Shown here: positions 1 to 13,318 of the stretch, in pieces
How the letters are laid out: every line of letters starts with the position of its first letter
How positions within the stretch are numbered: the stretch's first letter is position 1
NCBI GenBank assembly: GCA_905178155.1
Contig: CAJINV010000017.1
Coordinates: forward strand, 550,722 to 614,721
Length of the DNA: 64,000 nt
Reading direction: 5' to 3'
Source: Amoebophrya sp. A120
Taxonomy: Eukaryota; Protista; Dinoflagellata
The notes under the pieces: model-generated
The model's input: the letters and a program-made list of their open reading frames with translations, nothing else
Told to the model about the DNA's origin: nothing
Databases searched by the model: none
Program-made: the position numbers and the translations under genes

Positions 1-1952
1 CGTGAAGAGCGCGAGCGGGTGAGTTTTGACTTACCATTAGGATTGCAGGAGGGCTGTCCGTCCAGTCCTTGCATCTTCGTCATGGTGTTCAGCGTGATCG
101 GCCGGGCACTACGCCAGGCGCGTGCCTTGCTTCCTTCGCCGGGAGGTAACGTAGACCGCAGAGGGGTGCAGCTTCGCTGCGCCACGGGCACGCACGTAGC
201 AACCGAAAAAGAGAAATTGGAGGTCTTGCTGCGGCCGTCCCAGCAGGCTTCGGTCTCCACGTCGCGCGTGGGTTCCACGAAGTTTGCGGACGACTCAAAT
301 TTTTGGGGAGAGTCGAAAAACGGAACACCAGACTCGCACGTTCTGGATGCCACGCTGCGTGTCCTGGCTTCGGCCAGGATGGAGGAGAATTTGAAGAAGC
401 GGGTAGTGGGCAAATTGGCAGACGTAGTGGTGAAGTTTTTAGGCATTTGGCTGTCAGACGAAAAAGACACCTCCGAGCGGATAAACCGTGCCTGGAAGGC
501 ATTCCACGGGGCGCAGCGGCTTCTCGTCGGTTTTGGGGAGCTAAACAGGACACACCGGCGTGCCATCGTCGTGGCGCTTGTGCGGGGGACTATGCTTTAC
601 GGTGCAAATGGTCGCTCGTTCTCGTCGAAAGAGCTCGAGGAACTGAACACCGCCGAAAGCAGTATTTTGCGCCGCCTTTTCAACACCTCGATGCGGCAGA
701 TGGATGCGGCGCAGATTTCCCATGCTGATCTTCGTTGTCACCTCGAGATACCGCCTCTGGCTGTGGAGATCGCCTATTCAAGGCTGTCGCACGGGGGCCA
801 CCTTCTTCGTCGGGGCCAGTCCTATCCGCCGCGGCAGGCCTTTCTTGGTCGCTTTGTTATCAGCGCCGCCGATCCTGCGATCACACCGGAATCGAAGCCG
901 GAATTTTTCCTGCTGCCGCCAAGCTCTTCCCGCGTGCCGTCTGTCTACGAATCCTTCGTCGATGCATGTGCGTCGGCGAAGATCCCGGTCTCGGATTTTT
1001 CTTCCTACCTGGGGCAGGACTCCAGGAGAGAGTGGTACGTGAGGACGAGATCTTGGCACATTGATGCCACGATGCAGCATTGGTTTTTTCCGTCCTGGTC
1101 CTCGGCCACTTCTGACGAACGTGTTGCTGCTGCATTTGACAAGCTGCTGAAGAAGTACGGAATCACGGACCAGGAGTACGACGCTGCGTATGGTGATCGG
1201 CCGCGGGTGGCGAAGAAGCGAGCGGTCTTGAAGGCCACTCGCAGTCTGGCTGATTTACGGTCGCGGCAGATTGCCCTCGATGGGTCGATCACGGATAACC
1301 AGACGCAGGAGCTTGTTGCTTCTTCCGCTGGCGTTTACACTACTGCAAGAGGCGACGTCGGGGCCGTGCACTGTGAGGAGTGCAGTTGCGACCTGAAGGG
1401 GAGTAGACGGGCGCTCCGAGCACATTTGCGACTACACCAGCAGGACGAGTTTGTGCGACTTGTCCAGGAGCAGGATGGTGCGACTTGCACTCCGGTCGAA
1501 GAATTTATCTACGGGAGGTCGGGGCAGTCCATCATTCCACCGGCGTACAAGCAGACCGCGCGTGCTGTGTTGCCGCCTCGACGTTTTCTACCTGACGGGG
1601 CCGACAAATGGACTACTAGACAACTTACCTGCCCGTGCTGCTCGGTCCACGCCATTGATTGGCCCAGCTCCTTTCAGAAGAAGGTCGGTGCTGCGAGTCG
1701 TATAAAAACGCACGAGCGGAAGTGCGCCAACTCCAAGAAACTCGACCTTACGGCTGACCTCGATCCTATTCCGGAGTGTGCCGACGTTGAGCGACGAGGC
1801 GATGATGAGAAATGATGAATGGCGTTGCTATTCGATCTCGACCACAGCATTCTGCACTACCCATTTTTCGAATGCTGCGCTAAACGATAACGAGGACACG
1901 TCCCAAAACCCCTAGCAATCCTCCCCTATGCTAGCAAGATGATGATGATGAT
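1..1952 (+). mobile_element. Non-LTR retrotransposon (LINE-like), 3' part; cut by window edge
   Basis: ORF 19..1815 has RT motifs GLQEGCPSSP, KFADD and VKFLGIWL, followed by C-terminal Cys/His zinc-finger-like motifs (CEEC...HLRLH; CPCC...HERKC). A (GAT)5 run at 1938-1952 resembles a 3' microsatellite tail. Confidence 0.85.
19..1815 (+). CDS. Reverse transcriptase C-terminal half plus zinc fingers (non-LTR ORF2, 5'-truncated)
   Basis: RT motifs QEG-P-SP, FADD and FLG are in the canonical order for LINE RTs. Confidence 0.85.
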   Translation: MSFDLPLGLQEGCPSSPCIFVMVFSVIGRALRQARALLPSPGGNVDRRGVQLRCATGTHVATEKEKLEVLLRPSQQASVSTSRVGSTKFADDSNFWGESKNGTPDSHVLDATLRVLASARMEENLKKRVVGKLADVVVKFLGIWLSDEKDTSERINRAWKAFHGAQRLLVGFGELNRTHRRAIVVALVRGTMLYGANGRSFSSKELEELNTAESSILRRLFNTSMRQMDAAQISHADLRCHLEIPPLAVEIAYSRLSHGGHLLRRGQSYPPRQAFLGRFVISAADPAITPESKPEFFLLPPSSSRVPSVYESFVDACASAKIPVSDFSSYLGQDSRREWYVRTRSWHIDATMQHWFFPSWSSATSDERVAAAFDKLLKKYGITDQEYDAAYGDRPRVAKKRAVLKATRSLADLRSRQIALDGSITDNQTQELVASSAGVYTTARGDVGAVHCEECSCDLKGSRRALRAHLRLHQQDEFVRLVQEQDGATCTPVEEFIYGRSGQSIIPPAYKQTARAVLPPRRFLPDGADKWTTRQLTCPCCSVHAIDWPSSFQKKVGAASRIKTHERKCANSKKLDLTADLDPIPECADVERRGDDEK

Positions 1953-4900
1953 TTGTGCATGAAAGAAAAGGACTGACCACATTTTGAGCAGAGCGGACAC
2001 GGCAAGCAAACTGATGAATCTACTGCACAAAAAATTCTATCAGTTACCGCAACGCCTCTACCACCGAAGCAACCACCTTCAGCGACTTGATGGAGCGTGA
2101 CCGGCGAGAGGTGGTTACGAGCATTCGCCGCATGGACATCCGGTCGAACCTGCGGTCTGGCGGCGGCCGAATGCAAACGCGGGAGAAAGGGAGAGCGATT
2201 CTGGACAAGGCTATGATGGGGCGAACGCAGTGACCAAGTCCAAGGACAAAAGCCGTGCCGGTCCTCGTTTTCCAGGGGAATCTACGTTGTAAAAAACTAC
2301 TAAGCGACGAACTAGCAGCACAACATGAACTTGTATTTCTATTTCGTAGATTGATATGTAGCAAAAACCGTAAATAAAATGAGCTTCTGGCTGAGAAATT
2401 AGAGTTAGACAGAAAGCTGCAGCACTGCCCGTCAGCAACACTGCCAGCGGAAGTACTGCCAATCCACATCAACGCGAAAGCTGAAAAATGACCACTTCTG
2501 CAGCTTCATTTCTACTGAAGAACAGAACTCACAACTGTTAATCCATCAATTTACAATTTAGCAAAGCTTGTTTTACCGTTTGAAAGTTAGATTTATCAGC
2601 AGCTGGATGCACGGCTTGCTGTATCAGAATTTTATCGTAGATGACCAAATTATATGCAAGCCGCTGCTCTACTCCAGTGGGTGCTACTGCTAATGCTTGC
2701 CAGACATCCCGAATATTATGACGAGTCGAAAGATATTAATGTACACAACTCCAGCTGAAATCCAAAACCAAATCTACTATCCGCGCTGATAGATATACTC
2801 CATTGTACAATTATCCAGAGAGAAAGAAGCGCGACCAAAAGAACGTGCTTTTCGTGCAAGATGGATGCAGCAGGGAACTCCTCTGCAGTAAAACAGACGC
2901 GCGTGTTGAACTAATTGTACGAAACTGATGGTGGAGAAGAATAAAAAGCGACCAGCAGCGCCGAGCCCTTGCCCCATGATACGAATTACAAGAAGGTGCA
3001 GCGGGGCGGTGACTCGTCACAGTCATCTGGATCAATCTTCGTCGTGTGCGATGAATCGTCGGTCGTGGTTTCAACGCGTGTCACGGATCAACGGCGGAGC
3101 TGGAGCGAGGACTGAAAGAGAATCGAGGCTCTCGTAGTTGTGCGATATGATTCAGACTACTTAGCGTTCATCTACGGTTGACGTCATGAGGAGGCGTTGT
3201 CGGAGTCGCAGGCGGTCGTTGCAAGTCGTTGTGTCGGAAGAGAAGTTTTGGGGAGTGACTGCAGAGTGATGAGTTTAGTTCAAGAGTTCGTTGCTTTTTC
3301 AACTACATTTTCAGCACTGATATTGAATGAAAATAGCGACGCTTAAGGACGAAGAGAACGCGGCGAAAGAGCCGCTTTTTTCCTTCACAAGATGAACGGA
3401 TTATGGGTGGGTGAAGGGACCCGTGAGTCCCTACGAACAAATGGCTTCAAGAGCTTTGAAACAAGGAGGTCACGATCAGCAAACCCAACGTAAGTTGAGG
3501 CGTGTTTTGATTTTTCATGCATTTTTGTATGGACGATGAATTGAAAGAAATCGGTTCTTGCTCTCATGCAGCTAAGGACCAATGAAATAGTAAAGGCAAA
3601 CAAACGGAGCTGAAAAACAAAAAAGGTTTTGGGCCAACGGACCGAGGGGAAGTACGGATCGACCTTTGGCGAGTTTTTGCGAAAAGCCTCTCAACCGACC
3701 ACTAGCGGACCATCCAAGTACTTACTTCTAAGAGCCAAAATATTTTTGTTTGTGGTTTTCGTTTTTCATCATCTATTGTCTCATGGTAAGCATGCAGCTC
3801 CTTTGAAGATTCTGACTGCCGCAAACTTGCTGTTGCGGGTGAAAAACACAATGTGGTAAGTACTCTAGATGAAACTTTGAAACGTGAAAACTCGACAGGA
3901 AAACCAAACGGGCCACTTTGCCACAACAAATCGTCGGACTACCGAACGAACGCATCCCTATCCACCTATCCCTACAACTGGAGACGAGGGAAGGCAGGGA
4001 TGTGGGTGCCGAGGCAAAACAAATCCTATGACGCTTTTATGCATCCAATGGAGGGGATTGCTGGCTGGGACAACTCGTATCAAATATCTCTTTTCTGCTG
4101 CAAGATTTATTTTTTTTCCGAAACTTTATAATTCTGCATTTAGGTGGTAAATGCAACACTGTAGTACTTTCTTAAACATGAGTGACACTCCCTTTCAGCA
4201 AGCATGTGCGTGTCGTGATCGATACAGATTCTAAAATGAAATGCACAGATATACCCACCAAAACACGCACTTTGCGCCGACAAATACGCAGTACGGCAGC
4301 TTCTGGTTTGACCGGAAGCTCCAGCCAGCGCCGAGGGTATTCAACCAAACTCAGCCGGGTACGAAAATGATTTCGGAAGTGTGGACGGGGTTCAATTAGG
4401 ATTGGTATGCTGACGTTTCAGCAACTCATTTATCTGCCCACGCGCTCCCGTCGGTCATCACGTTATGCACCATGGTATGACGCTGTTGAATAAATAACCA
4501 GCATCATAACATGGTGCATGATCTTCTGCACCACGCTATAAAGAGGATCCAAAATAAATGATACTTGCCGAATTCAGTTCATCGATGACGTGTCTGTCGA
4601 ATGACAAAAATTATGTGAAAATATTTGGGATCGCATGAAAATTACCGCTCGCGGCGCGCATTGTATTTCAAGTGCAAGCGACAAAACAGAAACTACTTGC
4701 CGTCTCCTGCGCATCTTGTTGTAGTGAGCGAACGACTAATATGGTTCTGCTGTCGAAAAGTACCTTGATCATAGCATGTGGAGTAATGTTATGCAGGACG
4801 GTATGCGATCAGATGGCAAAGCGGTAATTTGGTTTCGTGCAGTGCCTCCTCGTGCATCATCTTATTCTCCATGGTACCGCCGCAAGAAAATCAATGCAAA

Positions 4901-5973
4901 TTTCATGACAGTAATACAATAGATATTGCAACGCTGACACTCGTTATCGCAATTGATTCCTTTCCAACCACCCACACTTCTTTTCATTTTCATACTCCGC
5001 GGAGGGTGGTATCCGGTGTCACACGGCCACAGACCGTGAAACGATGATGATGTTTGTCCTCTTGTATGATGGAAAAAACGCATTAGTAGCTCGTAGAGCC
5101 CTTCTTCACCTTATCCTTGTCATATCAATTTGCTAAATCGATGTAAACTATTGGACTTGTTGTGGTTGTTGAGAAAATTTGTACCAAACCAGAACCAAGC
5201 CACTGTATAGCTTCAGAAGTTTGATGCTGACCGTAAAAGAAACAGGATTTCACTAAATACATCCCGAAATTATGGCCCAATTGAAAGAAATTGGAATAGG
5301 AAATTGCTTCAAAAACTGTACCAAAGTTGAGTCCGCCTGCGGACATGGACGAAATGTCATTGTATGAAATAGACCGCACAACCGAGCAAACTTAAGAAAC
5401 ACCTTTATACGACGTCCCGCACGATTATTAGGGAGGATGCAAGTTGTTTGGCTGTTGCAACCGTGTTTACAAAAAAAGATGCTCGCAGCTCCTGTACACT
5501 GTACTTAAAATCATAGTCGGAGGGAAGTACCCGCTTCAGAGTGTGTGTGCGAGAGAGCGATGAAGGCTCTGTTTGGCGAGATTCCGATTTCTGATTCTGG
5601 ACCCTCACTTTTCCTAGTAGGATCGACGTAGGTAGGCCTGAGCTTGACTGTTCATCTTCTTGTTGTCGTCGCTAGATGAAAGATTGTTGATTCATCTTTT
5701 TCGCATCAGCAGTTTGCCTTCGGTTTATCGTTTGTCGTGTTTGTTGGATTTATTCGTTTCCGTTTCGACTTCGGATCCGTTCTCTCGGCTTGACACTTAG
5801 ACGTCAAGACCAAGAAGCAAATGCACATTTATTTTTGAAGCGATTTTGTACTAGGCAGCTACTTGTTTCAAATGTAATAGATGGCGCGTCGTGCGGTGCA
5901 CAGCAAAAACTAGGTTACCAGTTGTATCTTGCGGAGCGCGTTCCACCACGACCACGCCGGCTTGTTTTAGGAA

Positions 5974-8900
5974 ATGCCGGAGCACCCGCAACACCCGGGA
6001 TCTGACGTGGCAGGAGCGAACGCTGATCAGGGTCTGCCGAAGCGGACCTCAAATAACGAAGGGGCTGTGCTGGATAAGCCGATTGACGTAGTTGCTGCAG
6101 GAACGACACGTGAAAGTGCGACTGTTGTTCCTGTCAAGAACGATAAGACAGGCTGTACATCATCTGCAGTTCTTGTCGAGACCACTACGGGAAGAGAAGT
6201 GACTTCTACAACACGTCGCGCAGGTGGTGCTTCATCCTCCTCAACATCTTCTTGTGCCCCCGCTACTTCCTCGTCGACAACAGAAGCATCTGGACCTCTT
6301 GGGAATGACGAGAAAACGCCTGTGTCCACCGCGATTATTTCGCCGACGTCTTCATCTTCCACATGCAATCACTCGACGACGAGGACTGCATCTGTTACAG
6401 GGTCGATCCTCGAGCAACCACCACCTCCCTCTGGAACTTCCTCTGAAACAGCAGCAGCGGCGGCCGCGGGGGCCATGTCTAATACCCTTTCCACGGCTAG
6501 CACCTCCGCTGCCCGGGACTGGCCGCTTTCCAAGGCGGAGAAGCAGAAAATGCTGCGGCAGATTGACGACGACGAAAAAAAGATCATTCAGGAGGAGTGT
6601 TTGGCCGCGAGTCACGTCATCCAGAAGCTGGAAAAGGTCACGAAAAGACGGTCCATGCAGCGAGATTACTACCGAAAGCGACTGTCGCAATACGAAGAAG
6701 ACTATTTGGCTACCGCGACTACAGTGCCAGCAGGCGGGACAACTCTTTCTAGCGATGTTGTGAACAAAAAGCAGAAACGGACGACTAGTAGTAGTGGTGG
6801 TGGTGCAGGTAGTTCACTGCAGCAGGCGGGCGCGGGGGGAGGAGGCGAAAACGATTCTGCTCCTAGTACTCATGCCAATAAAGCAACTTCTTCGAGTGCA
6901 GCCGCGGCAGGTTCAGATGCTTGCTCCGGGGAGGATCTTCATACAAGCGCCGCCGGACGGGTCGAAGCAGCCAGTGGCAGTGTGGGTGAGGAAGGACAGG
7001 AGATCAAGACGGGCACGGATGACCTACATCAAGTAGCTGCAGATGATCATGACCTTCAGGAAGAAGAAGGAGATGAAGATCACACGCTGCCACCACGAAG
7101 TGCTGGACCCCACCACACCAAACTGCTTCGGGAGCACGAGCACAACAACAGTTGTCAGAGCTCTCTGTCATTCACCGTCGAGAGCCACGTTCTGGATACC
7201 GAGCACGATTTGCAAAGTAACGAACTTTCGTTCGATCTTTCCCTTTGATCCACCGCTCATTCTTTGTATCTGTCGGAAAAATGATTTGAATTTTGCTTGG
7301 AACAATCTTCGAAGGTTTCATGTCTCACACCTTTCCAGGCCTGCAGGAATCCGAAGCTACGTTCACAGCCGACGAGCACACGAGCTCCGAAACGGACGAA
7401 ATCTACGAGAACAGCATGGAAATGCAGGCGTCCTCGCAGTTGCAACACGATGGCGGAACCCGACGAAACAAAGACAAACCGGAGAGAGAGCGTGTTTTGC
7501 ATAATTGCGGAGTTCCAGGGGAGGCCTTCGTCACTGATGGCCACAGGGTGAAGATGCGGCAAGAGGACAGCGAAGTAGTGATCAACGCGACGGCGGGCGG
7601 GGAGAGGGAGAGCAAAGGGGACGAAAAAAACATGGCCGTTGACATGCGCGGTACGTCGAACGAACCCAGTTTTGTGTGGTGTTTGAGATCATTTTGTCTA
7701 ATAGAGAGAATGCTCCAGGATGAAATGTAATTGTCATTGCAAAATCACGCTCACCTTTCATAAAAATGAAATTTTAGAATTTCGCGGATTATTTTTGTCA
7801 ATAAAAATATAATTTTAAAATTTCGCGAGTTGCGACACTAACAGCAGAAGATGAAAAACACTTTATCATCCATATGCGGGAGCGTCTCTGACGTGCCTTA
7901 TAGCCGGGAATGACGTCCACTAGCTATCGAATTCATCTCCGTCAGTAATAAAAATAAAATTTTAAAAATTCGCGGATTTCGCAACTCGATAAAAATAAAA
8001 TTTTCAAATTTCGCGGATGTACACAAACGCTTCTTCAAGAACAAGCGTTGCTTGGTTTTCAGATCAAAATAAAACGCATCAGACAATAAAAGTAAAATTT
8101 TGAAATTTCGCGGATGCGCCCCGCCATTCGTCTTTCTCACATGTCGGAAATTAAAATAAACCAGATCCGAGTCCTCAAGGAGTGACCGAGTCCGGCCCTG
8201 AGTCCGTGTCCACCGAGTTCAAAAATCAATCCCGTTCTTCTAGTTCCGGATCATCTCTGGGTCGTGTATCAGGAGCGTGTGCTCCTTTCCTGGTCCTCCC
8301 CGAGCCCGAGGAATACGCTCCACTAGAGTCGAACACCCTCCCAGTAGTTCACCAGCTGCACGCCCTGGAGTTGCCGCATGTTGCGACGTTTTTTCCGCCG
8401 CCCTCGGACGATGAGGTAAGCAGTTGCGGAGCTGCTTCTGCTGCGAATCAGAAGTGCCGCGAGACGCAGGACAATGCTGCGAGTAGTCTCAGCCGCGAGA
8501 CGAGTGCACGTTCGGAACTGGATCTTGCAGAAAGGAAAACGGACCCGGAAAAGAATCACGATGTAGTTCTTGGAACCGCCGCAGCCTCTTCTGCGTCGTC
8601 GTGTGCAAACATCGGATCTTTACACCATCCGCAGTGTAATTCTCCTCTGCAACTGACGGGTGCCGCGAGCCCTTCGTTACCATCGCGTCCTTCCTCTCAA
8701 TCACCGGGCAAGAGCAAGAGGAGGGCAAGTTGTCCAGGAAAGGCAGCAAGAGCGGCATCAACCGAGCGACGGCAAAAAAGGAAAATGTTGTTACCCCAAT
8801 ATTTCTCGATTCGGGAAGACCAGGATACGGTGCTGGACAGCACGGTATGCAGCACTAGTTACATCTCGTCGGAAGCGGAAAGCAATTGTGAGAGCGGTCG

Positions 8901-9510
8901 GAGGAGGACGAAGAAATCTACACCACTGTTGGATGGACGAGGCGAACAGCCGCCAGCCCTCCAGCAGGTAGATTTCAGTGCGGACGGTCTTCGCGAAAAC
9001 TACGAGAACATTCTGAAGCAGCAGTTGGATCTTCGTAGCGCCAGTAGTAAACTCGCTCGAATCGCTGCAGCAGGGTCTTCAGACGCAACAAGCGCCAGCA
9101 TTCCGCTATCCTACGCCATCGACATGGACGTCGCACTTTCGGGCACCACGACCGGCGCAGAAGAAGCCGGAAGATCATCTTCTAGCGGGATATTACCCTC
9201 TTCCTCGCTCGAAACCGACCCGCCGCCCGCCCGGATAGCTGCGGCCCGCGCGTTCGTCTCCATCGCGCTCACGTCGACGGCACGGTGTTTGGCGGACGTG
9301 GGCCTTTTCGTTTGGCTGCAGCTCACGCGCCGACACAAGCTCGTCTTGCTCCTGCTCAGCTGGATGATCGTCTTTCTGTGCGGGTACGCCGTGGCGACGT
9401 ACTTCGACCACGACTTCGCGGGGGAAGTTAAACAGGCCTGGAAGGCGGTTGTGAGGGTTGCTGAGAAGAATTGGTTGCTGTGGTCCGACTTTTATTCAGA
9501 ATCCGAATGA
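5974..9510 (+). CDS. Hypothetical S/T/A-rich protein with C-terminal transmembrane segment (3 exons, ~966 aa)
   Basis: GT-AG introns 7217..7338 and 7651..8164 join ORFs 5974, 7293 and 8182 in frame. Hydrophobic stretch LVLLLLSWMIVFLCGYAVATYF lies near the C-terminus. Confidence 0.7.
7760..8115 (+). repeat. Five copies of a ~30-bp motif ATAAAAATAAAATTTTNAAATTTCGCGGAT inside an intron
   Basis: Copies start at 7760, 7801, 7948, 7989 and 8086 (spacings 41, 147, 41, 97). Confidence 0.8.
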
Positions 9511-9776
9511 ACATCAAAGAGCGGTCGCTGCGAGAACGAACGTAAACGTAATAAGGACGTTGCAGATATTCGGCAAAAGCACAGTGTCGCTCTTTCCCGT
9601 ATTGCCAGCTGTGTTGTCCGTGTTGCCAGCTGTGCTGTGAGCAATTAATGCTGTCGTGCTTCATCACGTTCACGTGTCGCTTATTTCGCACTTTTTGATG
9701 GTCTCGTCTTCGCGAGGGTGAGTGACTCGAACAATGAGTGGGAAAATGAGTTGTATACTAAAAGTGGTATACGTGA

Positions 9777-10625
9777 TTGATGTGCTGGTTGTCGTGGTCT
9801 CGATACTTTCTTTACGGAGCTGCGTCGACCGTCGACCGCCATATGATTGGAGCTTTAGCTTTACCCGATATAGCTGTGGCGATTGTTTTGCTCCTATTTG
9901 TTTCATCTACTTCGCAAGAACAGACACAGAGTAATGATGTACTCCTTGCAGTCGCCTCAGCCTCTACTAGCATAGGATCAAAAACTAGTACGCTGGATAG
10001 CAACACACCTAGATACCACTACTTCTTCACTCTTATGGCCGGCACCGCCCAGGACTACCTTCTCACTTCTCTTACGAAAGACTGGGGCGACGGCGCCACC
10101 GGCCACGAAGCCCTTGCGTCCGTGAAAATCGCCGGCACGGTCGCCACCAAGGCGGCGAGCTACATGATGGAGCTGGCGAACCACGCCCAAAAGAACGCCA
10201 TGGAACTCGACCGGGCAAGAAGAGCGGTTGAGAAGTACGTGCTAGGGACGGACGTGGACACCATTTCCGATGCGGATCCCTTTGTGAAAGCGCTGGACTC
10301 CCCGATGATCGTGACACCGCAGGAGTACTCCACCTTCCAAACGCCAAACGGCAGCACCACGGCGCTGGAAGAGGGGCGACGGATGTTTGGCCAGTCGGGA
10401 CTGAACACGTTTTTGCCACCGTACTTGATGTTGGACGCCCAGAAAACGCCGGGACTGCGACCCACGGAGATACCTTCCGGCGCGAACGTCGGGGCGGCCC
10501 CGCCCGGCGTCATTCCACTGTCCACGCCGGCGGATATGGACGGGCACTTTTTACAAATGTTTGACAACGCGTTAGTGGCGTCCAAACACGACGGAAAAGA
10601 AGAGATTTTGGCCAAGCTGAGCTGA
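9777..10625 (+). CDS. Hypothetical protein (start uncertain; possible N-terminal hydrophobic segment)
   Basis: 282-aa ORF; GC-rich, coding-like codons from about 10035 onward. Confidence 0.6.
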   Translation: MMCWLSWSRYFLYGAASTVDRHMIGALALPDIAVAIVLLLFVSSTSQEQTQSNDVLLAVASASTSIGSKTSTLDSNTPRYHYFFTLMAGTAQDYLLTSLTKDWGDGATGHEALASVKIAGTVATKAASYMMELANHAQKNAMELDRARRAVEKYVLGTDVDTISDADPFVKALDSPMIVTPQEYSTFQTPNGSTTALEEGRRMFGQSGLNTFLPPYLMLDAQKTPGLRPTEIPSGANVGAAPPGVIPLSTPADMDGHFLQMFDNALVASKHDGKEEILAKLS

Positions 10626-11324
10626 AAAGTCGACGTTGCAGGGAAGGCGACAGTGTCTGTAAGATTTTGAGGTAGTTTCTGTAAGAACCTGTACTGGGCA
10701 ATTCTATGACTGTGATTTCTTTGCAGCGAGAAATTGAAACCTTCTTGAGCCTAGCGTGGTAGCTGAGCTTTGTTTTTGCAAAATTGTTGAGCGATTGATT
10801 GCGTGTGCACGTGCACCACGTGCAACAAAGCCATGCATCTGAGAATGAACAGTTGGTTCTTGCAGCCATTGCTTCCGATTCCGCAGTGGCATCACTCGTC
10901 GAACTAGAAGTCATGTTTATCTGTTACTTTATTTGACGAGAAATGGATAGATCGCTACTCTTTGGTGCCTTTTAAAGAAATTGTCGTCATTGCTCTGCAG
11001 GAGCAACAGAAATCGCTTCGCGAGTCGTAAACTTCGTGGACAGCTCGCCGTTTTTGATTCGATTCGACCAGCACACCAGTCACTGCTCCCGTCAAGTAGT
11101 TGTTTGTGTATCATTGGGCTTGGTATTGGACTGAAATCCATCTTTGTAGGACGGTGATAAAGCATACGACGGGAACGCATGAGCAGTGCAAGGACAAGGT
11201 CGATCCACCATTTTTATTAGAAGACTACTATGCTAGAGGATGATATCATAAAGAGGCCATTTCAAGAACATCAGTCTATCACTATCAATTCGACTGTAGA
11301 ACCGATGAAAGTAGTCAAAGAACG

Positions 11325-11834
11325 ATGAGAAACTTGATCCCTCAGCACTTGCCTGAAGCTCCCCTGCTTGAGCACGAGATCACCGCTATCGACGTTAGTA
11401 CCACCGACGTGTGCGGCAGTTCAGGTGTAACCAGTACAGGGGCCAGTGGCGGGCGACGGAGTTGGAGACTCCGTTCTTTACAGAAATCATGTGCGCATAA
11501 TTCTAACCGCGCTTTTTCTGCCGAAAATAGCCACTTCGGATTTATCCGATATAGACCAGTCACGTCGTTCGCGGGGAACATTCCGTTACCGGAATTATTT
11601 CCCGCAGGAGACGACGTTGATCCAACCGCACCTTTGGAAACTTCGATTTATCCCCACTCGGCGAACAAAGCTCCAATTGTGACCGCCACGGCAATCTTGC
11701 GAAAGCACGTGGACCCCGAGTTGCAGCCCGGAATGCCGATGCACTGCACACGGATGATGCGGAGTATTGATTTGAAGCCTGATGAGAGGAGTGTGAAAAG
11801 AAGCCAGCTACCAGTGGGGAGCGGATTCATGTGA
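11325..11834 (+). CDS. Hypothetical protein
   Basis: ATG-initiated 169-aa ORF on the same strand as its neighbours; no recognisable motif. Confidence 0.45.
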   Translation: MRNLIPQHLPEAPLLEHEITAIDVSTTDVCGSSGVTSTGASGGRRSWRLRSLQKSCAHNSNRAFSAENSHFGFIRYRPVTSFAGNIPLPELFPAGDDVDPTAPLETSIYPHSANKAPIVTATAILRKHVDPELQPGMPMHCTRMMRSIDLKPDERSVKRSQLPVGSGFM

Positions 11835-12516
11835 GAGAAAATGCGAAGACCATGGTTGATTCTGCACTTCATCATTTCCGCTCGTGACCAAGCAGACTCC
11901 GACGCGAGGATTTTTTTGCACAATTTCAAGGCGCGACATGAGAATTAAGCAGACGACGTATGAGTAGACTGCAGAATGTCTGCACACTGCGATCGTCTGC
12001 TGTTTCCTTCCGTCTGTAGTAGAGCAAACGTCGTTGGGAGCGGCTTCATCATCTTTCGCTGACGATAACTGGAATGGAGTTCGTCATTGTTGGTTTGCAT
12101 CCGTCAAATAAACCGAGCGAGCGTGCTAGAGAGTGAGGATGAGAGGCTGTCGTGTTTCGTGGACCCCGTTGTCTGTCACACTGTCGTCATCGATTTGGAG
12201 TTATTGATGCCTGCCACATCGAGTTCCCTGAAGCATGGCAGCACACAAATCATGCACAACTTATTCGTCCAGTCTGGGACTGCTACACTTTGACTTTTCC
12301 TCGATTTTTGCTCGTTTGGTTTTTCGTTTTCCGAGTTCAAAGTCAAAAAGAAAAATCTGGATCTTCTCAGTAGTATAGCAGTACTACCTGAAACGACCAG
12401 AGAAATAAATAAACGCACGTTTACACAGACAAGTGGCGAAGAAAAAATTCATTCTACTTTCTTCTTCTCTGTGAAAAGAAAGTTGTATTTTTCGTAGATA
12501 CAACATCGACAACGGC

Positions 12517-13318
12517 ATGATCGGTGGTGGCTTTTCGACGTTGATCGACTCCGTCCGGGAGTCGTTGGACGATGTGCTCGCGCAACTCCTCGGCGGTCAG
12601 CATTTCTACAGCGATCTGCACCTGAAACAGAAACATGCGAAAGGACCACTACAGCAGTTGCGAGCAGCAACAGCAGACATTCCCGGTAGAAGAAGTACCG
12701 CAGCGTCCTCATTTTATTCATCACCGAGCTCAACAACGACCTCATCGCGATCCGCCGTCACAGCGGACACTACCACCAGTAGCACGACCCTGGAGACAGC
12801 GAGAAGCTCCAGCATGGGCAAGAAGATCGCCGAAAGGTTGATCCCGCTGAAAATCTCCGGCTTCTGTGGGTTCGGCGATAGTTGCACTGCGGACGTTTGC
12901 GACGAGCGAATGCGGTTGGCGAAGAAAGCCGCCGAATCCGAGTTCGACGACACCGGGGCGAGCGACGTATCACATGTTTGATTCATCTTTACGTCGTGCA
13001 TCAATAGTGTGATGAGGATGTAGTTGTGATGTCGATGTCGTGTTCGTGGTTTTTGTGCGCAGCAAGAACTACGGTTATGTAGAAATCGAATGCACCAACA
13101 TGCAGCTTTCCGCCTCGGCAGAGAAGCGCGCTATTCACGAAGCTTGGGTCCACGCCCGGAAGGCGCAGGACGCGGCGAAAGAAGCTGCAGACGCCGCAAT
13201 GCAATCGGTGGAAGAAGCCGCTCGGGTACAGAAATTCCTGGATCCATATCCACTGCAGATGCATCGTAGTCGTCCTGGTAGATTGCAGAGGCGTATGCAT
13301 GATGAATCTCATTTTTAA
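12517..13318 (+). CDS. Hypothetical protein, probably two exons (junction unresolved)
   Basis: Coding-like ORFs 12517..12981 and 13040..13318 (coiled-coil-like EAWVHARKAQDAAKEAADAA) are separated by a short T-rich stretch. Confidence 0.5.

Noticed and set aside
7760-8115. CRISPR-like repeat/spacer pattern
   Set aside because: Repeats are degenerate, spacers range from 11 to 117 bp, the context is a eukaryotic intron, and there are no cas genes.
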